This document shows positions 57,865 to 64,000 of a stretch of 64,000 nt of DNA, piece after piece (position 1 is the stretch's first letter; every line of letters starts with the position of its first letter). Source of the stretch: Candidatus Woesearchaeota archaeon. Lineage in GTDB: Archaea; Nanobdellota; Nanobdellia; Pacearchaeales; GW2011-AR1. Location of the stretch: the NCBI GenBank assembly GCA_964498295.1, contig CAZCGJ010000001.1:1669-65668 (forward strand), written 5' to 3'. The notes under the pieces were generated by a model. The model made no database searches, was not told where the DNA came from, and saw only the letters and a program-made list of their open reading frames with translations. A program made the position numbers and the translations under genes.

Positions 57865-58638
57865 TTAGTTCAAAAGATTTCTGAGAGATTTTATCTTCTC
57901 ATCGATTTTCTTAACTTCCTTAGCGTCGCCAGAAACAGCTGATCTAGCAGTTTCTAAATCTGCAATCTTAGCTAAAACTCTAGTCTTTTCTGTATCACTT
58001 ATACTTGTTGTAATTCTATCGTATTTAGCTTTTCTAAAGAATTTCTGTATTGTTCCATCCATTAAGAAAAGAACGATACATATAGCAACAATTGCTACAT
58101 AAACCCAATAGAAATTGCTCCAACTACCTGCATTAGACCAATTCCAAGATAGTAAAGAAATCATAACAACAGTATAAACAACCCAAAGGATCTTTCTAAC
58201 TGCTGAAGAAGAAGACTTTACAATAAGACTAGCTACAATTACAAAAGGAATTATCAAGAACAAAGAACCGACAAGTCCTTCCGAACCTACAGTAAATGCT
58301 CTTAATGCATCAACCGGAATAAATCTAACACCGATTAAGGCGATAATAACCGCAATACCCCAATTTATGAAAGACTTATCTCCAAATAGTTCGAATGGGG
58401 AAAGAATTCCACCAACAACTAAAAGAGTCAATATAAAAGCCATCCAAGAAACAAATGCATTATCTGCACTTGCAGAACTACCACTTCCAAAAAGAAGAGT
58501 AGTTATAGGGTTAAGTGCTGCAGTAACAGAAGTAATTCCACTTTGAACGCTATCTGCGAAAGACGCACTAGCAAAAGCAGTGCATAAAGCTATTGCAAAA
58601 ACACTAACGAAAAAGAAACTCAAAAATTTCTTATTCAT
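57865..58638 (-). CDS. Polytopic membrane protein paralogue with a conserved FLMDGTIQK box and coiled charged C-tail
   Basis: Start moved to MNKKFLSFFFVSVFAIALCTAFASA (signal peptide) preceded by GGAGGT; TM core, then ...LFLMDGTIQKFFRKAKYDR... Confidence 0.45.
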   Translation of the reverse strand: MNKKFLSFFFVSVFAIALCTAFASASFADSVQSGITSVTAALNPITTLLFGSGSSASADNAFVSWMAFILTLLVVGGILSPFELFGDKSFINWGIAVIIALIGVRFIPVDALRAFTVGSEGLVGSLFLIIPFVIVASLIVKSSSSAVRKILWVVYTVVMISLLSWNWSNAGSWSNFYWVYVAIVAICIVLFLMDGTIQKFFRKAKYDRITTSISDTEKTRVLAKIADLETARSAVSGDAKEVKKIDEKIKSLRNLLN

Positions 58639-58804
58639 ATTAAATAAACCTCCTTTCACATCTTTACAAAACCTATTCGATTTCATTAATTAATATAGCC
58701 CTCATGCCTTTATAAAATTTGTTGTTTTGAATTTTTATATCAACGATAACTCAAAATCACAAGATATTTAAATAAAACATTCTGATTAATAAAAAGGTGA
58801 TAAG

Positions 58805-59071
58805 ATGAAATCAATTATAGGATATATATTTGCAGCAGCAGGATTAGCAGTACTTCTAACAGCAACAAAAATATATTCTGCTTTAAGCGGAGTTTTTGAC
58901 ATAAAAATGCCAATGGTTATTATTGGAGGAGTTGGATTAATTTTAATCGGAATCATAATGTTAATGAACTCCTCAAGTAAAAGAGGAAAAGTCAGCCAAG
59001 CTGAAGAAGAAGTTCCAATATATGAAGGCGAAGGCAAAAACAGAAAAATAGTAGGCTATAGAAAAGAATAA
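58805..59071 (+). CDS. Small 2-TM membrane protein (88 aa)
   Basis: Two hydrophobic helices, charged C-terminus. Confidence 0.3.
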   Translation: MKSIIGYIFAAAGLAVLLTATKIYSALSGVFDIKMPMVIIGGVGLILIGIIMLMNSSSKRGKVSQAEEEVPIYEGEGKNRKIVGYRKE

Positions 59072-59088
59072 ATAAAAAATATTTTTAA

Positions 59089-59868
59089 TTAAGAAGTCAT
59101 TTTATACAATTTTTTCAACTGTTTCTCAAAATCAGCAATTCTTTTATCTCTGATTTCTGCAGGAATACCGCTAGCATTTCTAATATATTCATCTCTATCT
59201 TTCTGAAGTCTAACTATTGCATCCCAAATATTGTTCATTCCTGCCTGCTTAATCTTCTGCATAGTTAATGCTCTCCCAATCGTACCATCTAAAAGCAAGA
59301 AAATAAAGGCCATAAGCATAGTCCACATGTAAACATCTCCGTAGAAAGAATCATCCGCAGTAACATACAGCCCTAAATAAACACAGATGAATAAAATCCA
59401 ACCGATCTTTCTTATAATAGAAGTTTTACCCTCGCTAATGCCGTGCAAGAAGAATAAATAAATTATAAATGGTAAAACAGAAGTAATTGCAATCCCAAAT
59501 ACTTGATAAGTCATGATAATAGTATTAAGCCACGCATAATCGATGTATCTTACTGATAAAAGAGATACAATTACAGAAACAATTACAACAACCTTTCTAT
59601 TTTCATCACCTTTGAAAAAAGGAGCATTACGTAATGCAACAAAAACAATAGACAGAATTAAGATAAATATTAAAATTCTCTCAAACATCATATATCCAGT
59701 ATAATCATATCCTCCAAAGAAGAATTGCAAAACGGGTTGAGCTTGATAAATAGCACTATCAAGAGAACCAACAAAACCAAAGCGATAAGCAGATGCAAAA
59801 TTTACTACAAACAAAGATAAAAATAGAACTCCTGCAAAAAACAAAAACACCTTATTTTTATTAAACAT
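59089..59868 (-). CDS. Polytopic membrane protein paralogue (LLLDGTIGRAL box)
   Basis: Start moved to MFNKNKVFLFFAGVLFLSLFVVNFASA; shares the VLPFIIY(L/F)FF helix and DGTI box with 59903..60937. Confidence 0.45.
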   Translation of the reverse strand: MFNKNKVFLFFAGVLFLSLFVVNFASAYRFGFVGSLDSAIYQAQPVLQFFFGGYDYTGYMMFERILIFILILSIVFVALRNAPFFKGDENRKVVVIVSVIVSLLSVRYIDYAWLNTIIMTYQVFGIAITSVLPFIIYLFFLHGISEGKTSIIRKIGWILFICVYLGLYVTADDSFYGDVYMWTMLMAFIFLLLDGTIGRALTMQKIKQAGMNNIWDAIVRLQKDRDEYIRNASGIPAEIRDKRIADFEKQLKKLYKMTS

Positions 59869-59902
59869 ATTAATTAAGAGAGTATGAGATTTATAAACAT
59901 TA

Positions 59903-60937
59903 TTACAAGTTGTCAGCGTACTTACGTATAGCCTTTCTATCTTCTTCCCATGCTTTGTGAGCTGAAGCAGCATCTATAGCAGGAGTACCGCTACTTCCAC
60001 CATGCCCTAAGAAAGTAACTTGACCCTTGACATATTGTGCACCTGAAACGCCTGCAACAACATCATCGTATGCTCTTGCAAGTCTTTTTTCCAATTCATT
60101 TAACTCATGTAAAGCTTTAGCATTCTGTGATTCTTTTTGTCTTTCCTTTTTCCATCCATTCAAAATCTTTTGTATCGTTCCATCAATAAAACACATCAAA
60201 ACAGCAAGCATAGCAGTTAAAGGATATATTATACCAACTATCCCTTCTTGACCTTTTAACTCATCATACCTCATTATCCATATAGATAAGAAAACAACTG
60301 CAAAGAAAATCCATGCAACCTTTCTGAATACAGGAGATTTAGGTGCTCCCCATGTTTTTTCAACAAAAAAGAAATAAATAATAAAAGGCAAGACTGCAGT
60401 TATTACAATTCCAAAAGTAGTATAAGGTACTAAAATAGTTTGAATCATTTCAGGAGTTAAAAATCTTACAGCAAGAATTGCTACAATAGAACTTACTACC
60501 CAATGAGCTGCACCCTCTTTTAAAAGATCAACGCCAGAACTCTTAAAAGTAGTTGAAACAAGAGCCAAAACTAAAATAAGTAATAATATTTTAGCCAAAA
60601 ATATATTAGTAGAAAGATCAGGATCAGCAGACACATCAGCTGTTGCACCAACTAAATAACTCAAAGGAGTTTTAAGAACTTCATAAACACTAGTAATCAA
60701 TCCAGAAACCATCTCCACAATAGGTTTGAAAGCCTCCCCAGTACCGGTAGCAAAACCAGTAATTGCATTTCCAGTCATTCCTTTATATGCAAAAAATAAA
60801 ACAGCAAGCAAAACTAAAATACCTAAAGCCCACCAAATCCAAGATGAACAGCACTTACTAGCTTTCTTCTCAACAACTTTTGAAACAGACTTACTAGAAA
60901 CAACCTTCTTTTTCTTAATCATCTTCTTTTTTGGCAT
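59903..60937 (-). CDS. Polytopic membrane protein paralogue (CFIDGTIQKIL box) with a basic N-terminal segment and coiled C-tail
   Basis: Shares the VLPFIIYFFF helix and DGTIQK box with its two neighbours. Confidence 0.45.
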   Translation of the reverse strand: MPKKKMIKKKKVVSSKSVSKVVEKKASKCCSSWIWWALGILVLLAVLFFAYKGMTGNAITGFATGTGEAFKPIVEMVSGLITSVYEVLKTPLSYLVGATADVSADPDLSTNIFLAKILLLILVLALVSTTFKSSGVDLLKEGAAHWVVSSIVAILAVRFLTPEMIQTILVPYTTFGIVITAVLPFIIYFFFVEKTWGAPKSPVFRKVAWIFFAVVFLSIWIMRYDELKGQEGIVGIIYPLTAMLAVLMCFIDGTIQKILNGWKKERQKESQNAKALHELNELEKRLARAYDDVVAGVSGAQYVKGQVTFLGHGGSSGTPAIDAASAHKAWEEDRKAIRKYADNL

Positions 60938-60989
60938 GCTTAATAAAAAAACAAATACTATTTAAATTTAATTATTATAGAATTACAAA

Positions 60990-61547
60990 TCAGTCCTGCT
61001 CAAGAACTTCAACTTTTTTATCCTGTACAAGAATATTCACAATTTCATTATTAAGATTTGCAACTTCTCCCTGAGCAAAAGGACCCAATGTTTCGCCTTC
61101 CAAATCCAAAAATTCATCAACATGACTTGTAAATCTAACAAGTTTAAATGAAGACTCTACTTTTCCACCAACAATCATTGAACCACTTAAATTCTTGTCT
61201 GCCTTCTCTAAACTTTTAACAATATCCTCAAATAATTCCTTCTCAAAATCCAATAAATTTTCAAAATCCTTTTTACTAATACCTGTTTCAGAGGCAACAA
61301 ATGCTAAATTCAGAACTTTCTTTCTTCTTCTCAATAGAAGTTCCTTGAAAAGAGCCATTGCATTTTCAAGCCGTTTTTTGCTCTTCAAAACAACATCAGA
61401 AAACATATCATCATCCTTATCAGAAAACTTCTTCTTTTCTGCAAAATACTCTGCAACTTCATTCAAGAAAGATTTCTTCAATAATTGCAAATCATCACTA
61501 TACCTCTCCTTTCTCAATGCCTCATACAAATCATTATAGCTAATCAT
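60990..61547 (-). CDS. Hypothetical alpha-helical protein, possibly a GINS-like or prefoldin-like subunit
   Basis: 185 aa; N-terminal helical segment ISYNDLYEALRKERYSDDLQLL...FLNEVAEYF followed by a small C-terminal beta region; weak. Confidence 0.3.
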   Translation of the reverse strand: MISYNDLYEALRKERYSDDLQLLKKSFLNEVAEYFAEKKKFSDKDDDMFSDVVLKSKKRLENAMALFKELLLRRRKKVLNLAFVASETGISKKDFENLLDFEKELFEDIVKSLEKADKNLSGSMIVGGKVESSFKLVRFTSHVDEFLDLEGETLGPFAQGEVANLNNEIVNILVQDKKVEVLEQD

Positions 61548-61715
61548 GCCTCTAAAAAAGCGCTTTCCTTTAAAAGAATTTATGTTCTCTCCAGAATAGA
61601 AACAAACGCCAGATTTTTAAACAAAGAAATATTATAAAATTAAACCGAAGGTTTAAAATTCCGAGCGAAGCGGACTAACTCAAAGGAAAGGTGACGTATC
61701 ACGGAAAACCATTGG

Positions 61716-62933
61716 TTGTCATATACTATGTTTAACTTCTTAAAAGAAAAGCTGAATCAATGGAAAGAAAAAGTAAAAGAAGAATTCTCAGAGCCAGAAG
61801 TAAAAGTAAAAAAACTCTCAGAAGTTAAAAAGAAAAAGTCTTCTAAACAGGCAAAACCTGCAAAAAAAGAAACTTTTAAAACCAAACCTTCTAAAAAAAT
61901 AAAAGAAGAAAAAATAGAAGTTAAGCAAGAGGAACCGCAAGAACATAAGCAAGGTTTCCTATCAAAAATATTCTCACACAATACAGAACAGAAAGTATCT
62001 GAACAAATTCTAGAAGACATAAAAAAAGAAGGAGCAAAAATAGAGTCTCCAGAGGAAAGATTAGAAGAAGAACAGAAAACTTCCTTTTTTGACAGATTCA
62101 AGAAAAAAATTACAGAAGAAAAATTTGACGAATTATTCACAGAACTTGAGATGATTATGCTCCAAAATAATGTAGCCTATGAAGTAGTCGAATTCATTAG
62201 AACCAGACTAAAACATGATTTAGTTGGAAAAAACCTTTCGGAAGTAAATCTAGAAGAAAAATTAACAGATGCAATTGATGAAATTTTAATCAACCCACCA
62301 AGTCTAATAAAAGAAATTAAAGATAAACTAAAAGAAAAGAAACCATACGTTATTGCATTTGTAGGAATTAATGGTTCAGGTAAAACAACTTCAATTGCTA
62401 AAGTAGCTAATTTACTTAAGAAAGAAAAATTATCTGTTTGTTTAGCAGCAGGAGACACATTCAGAGCTGCGGCAATTGAACAATTAGAAATTCATGCAAA
62501 TAAACTAAAAGTTCCAATAATAAAGAAAGATTACAATGCAGATCCTGCTTCAGTAGGATTTGAAGCAATAGCTTATGCAAAAAAACACGGAATTGATGTT
62601 GTTTTAATAGATACTGCTGGAAGAATGAACACAAAAGAAAGTTTGATGAAAGAAATGGAAAAAATAATCAAAGTATGCAATCCTGACAAAAAAATATTTT
62701 TAGGCGAAAGTATAACAGGCAATGATGCAACTGAACAAGCAAGAGCTTTCAACCAACATATTTCAATTGATGGAATAATATTAAGTAAGGCAGATATAGA
62801 TGAAAAAGGCGGAACAGCTTTGTCAGTCTCTTACATAACAAAAAAACCAATTTATTTCTTAGGAACAGGCCAAACCTATGATGATTTGGAAGTTTTCGAA
62901 AAGAAGAAGATGATTAAAAGATTAGGATTATAA
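61716..62933 (+). CDS. ftsY: Signal recognition particle receptor FtsY
   Basis: SRP54-type GTPase motifs VGINGSGKTT, DTFRAAAIEQL, LIDTAGR, plus a Lys/Glu-rich N-terminal A-domain. Confidence 0.9.
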   Translation: MSYTMFNFLKEKLNQWKEKVKEEFSEPEVKVKKLSEVKKKKSSKQAKPAKKETFKTKPSKKIKEEKIEVKQEEPQEHKQGFLSKIFSHNTEQKVSEQILEDIKKEGAKIESPEERLEEEQKTSFFDRFKKKITEEKFDELFTELEMIMLQNNVAYEVVEFIRTRLKHDLVGKNLSEVNLEEKLTDAIDEILINPPSLIKEIKDKLKEKKPYVIAFVGINGSGKTTSIAKVANLLKKEKLSVCLAAGDTFRAAAIEQLEIHANKLKVPIIKKDYNADPASVGFEAIAYAKKHGIDVVLIDTAGRMNTKESLMKEMEKIIKVCNPDKKIFLGESITGNDATEQARAFNQHISIDGIILSKADIDEKGGTALSVSYITKKPIYFLGTGQTYDDLEVFEKKKMIKRLGL

Positions 62934-62934
62934 T

Positions 62935-63888
62935 TTATCTCTTTGGCCCTTCTATAATCTTGTTTAACAAAGAATCTTTCTTTAACTTCAAATGAGATTT
63001 ATAGAAAAATAAACCTACAATCAAGAAAGTTACAACCGGAGAAACCCAAGAAGGAATATGTACTCCAAACGCATCTAAAATCATAATAATTCCTAAAACA
63101 AAAATAGAATACATTGCCCCATTCTTCAAATAGGCATATTTCTTTATTTTATCAACACCTCTAATAGTTAAATCTCTAACGATTATTGCTCCAAGACCAT
63201 TCCCTATAAGAATTAAAGGAATAGAAAGAGTAAATGCAAATGCACCCAAAACACTATCTATTGAAAAGGTTGCATCAATAACTTCTAAATATAAGATTTT
63301 ACTCAAATCGGAAACGCCACTCTTCTTTAACTTCTTTTCTTGTTCTTCAGCATTGGCTTTAAAACCATGAGTAATGAAAAATGCGGTTGATCCAATAACT
63401 GCAGCAAAAGCCATCATCGGTCTTTCTTGAAGAGCAAACCAAACAATAAGACCTAGTAAAATAGAAACACTTGCATAGAACCACACGCCATATCTCTCAA
63501 TAGTTCTTTCTCCAATCAACCCATAATTTTTAGGTTCAATAAATAACCAATGTAAAAATAAAAATAATAAATATATTCCCCCACCTAATAGTAAAAGAGG
63601 GGCGCTAGACTCAATTGCTTCAATAACACTAGGATCACTACTAAAACTTGCAATAAGTGCACCAATAGGACCAATACTAGGATTTGTAGCCCAAACAATT
63701 ATCCAAGGAAGCAATCCCCTAATAACAAAAACACCAATAATAATTCCCCAAAACAAAAACCACTTTCGATATTTAGGTTTCATAGTTCTAAGAACATCTG
63801 CATTAATTATCGCATTATCTACGCTAGTTATAATTTCAAATAAGGTAAGTCCCAAAACTACCATCACAATCGAAAATAGATCAATCAT
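62935..63888 (-). CDS. TerC-family integral membrane protein
   Basis: TSVDNAII motif in the first TM helix and a multi-TM topology typical of TerC/DUF475. Confidence 0.6.
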   Translation of the reverse strand: MIDLFSIVMVVLGLTLFEIITSVDNAIINADVLRTMKPKYRKWFLFWGIIIGVFVIRGLLPWIIVWATNPSIGPIGALIASFSSDPSVIEAIESSAPLLLLGGGIYLLFLFLHWLFIEPKNYGLIGERTIERYGVWFYASVSILLGLIVWFALQERPMMAFAAVIGSTAFFITHGFKANAEEQEKKLKKSGVSDLSKILYLEVIDATFSIDSVLGAFAFTLSIPLILIGNGLGAIIVRDLTIRGVDKIKKYAYLKNGAMYSIFVLGIIMILDAFGVHIPSWVSPVVTFLIVGLFFYKSHLKLKKDSLLNKIIEGPKR

Positions 63889-64000
63889 AAAAGAATCTCT
63901 AAAATTTAATTTATTAACCTTTCTAATCCCCCATCCAAAACCTTAAAACCTCTGAATTCTAGGTCTATTTTATGCTAGAAAAAGTATCAGAAGCGCTTAC

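Noticed and set aside
60990-61547. Considered calling this ORF prefoldin alpha because of the frequent archaeal pfdA-ftsY linkage.
   Set aside because: It is divergent from ftsY rather than co-oriented, and the sequence does not show the coiled-coil / beta-hairpin / coiled-coil layout convincingly. Left as hypothetical (GINS-like or prefoldin-like).
61600-61715. GC-richer segment of about 110 nt upstream of ftsY, considered as a possible SRP RNA or small RNA.
   Set aside because: Far too short for 7S RNA (about 300 nt). I found only weak 3-4 bp hairpins. It is more plausibly the ftsY promoter and 5' leader.

Overview
This is a low-GC (roughly 30%) archaeal chromosomal segment, tightly packed with short spacers. 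The archaeal assignment rests on archaeal/eukaryotic-type informational genes: family-B DNA polymerase, FEN1, TFB, archaeal GlyRS, Sua5, RNase Z, tRNA-splicing endonuclease, Sm, Alba, and r-proteins eS17, eS8, eL42(L44e) and eS1(S3Ae) followed by ndk. Other housekeeping genes include MetAP2, a Nop2/Sun m5C methyltransferase, LigT, GrpB, CorA, a MinD/ParA ATPase, a znuACB zinc transporter with divergent zur, endonuclease IV, a NUDIX hydrolase, NAD kinase, FtsY and TerC. I called six tRNAs by hand (Met-CAT, Cys-GCA, Arg-TCT, Leu-TAG, Val-GAC, Thr-TGT). I found no rRNA and no CRISPR array. There is one IS-like DDE transposase.

The striking feature is the density of cell-surface genes. At least 11 genes encode proteins with archaeal class-III (type IV pilin-like) signal peptides that share a recurring MINK[KR][GA] N-terminus. 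Two of these are small ORFs absent from the ORF track. Most sit in a 7.5-kb co-directional cluster that ends in a vWA/MIDAS surface protein, next to a cadherin-like repeat adhesin. A second locus, bracketed by tRNA-Leu and tRNA-Val, pairs a 1947-aa giant secreted protein with a translationally coupled 616-aa protein carrying a pilin-type N-terminus. A third locus (56.4-60.9 kb) holds 5-6 paralogous polytopic membrane proteins with a conserved [FL][IL][ML]DGTIQK box. No assembly ATPase, platform protein or prepilin peptidase lies inside the window. The gene content and the surface-protein load are consistent with a small-genome (DPANN-like) archaeon, but that is inference. All coordinates were counted by hand and may be off by a nucleotide or two.
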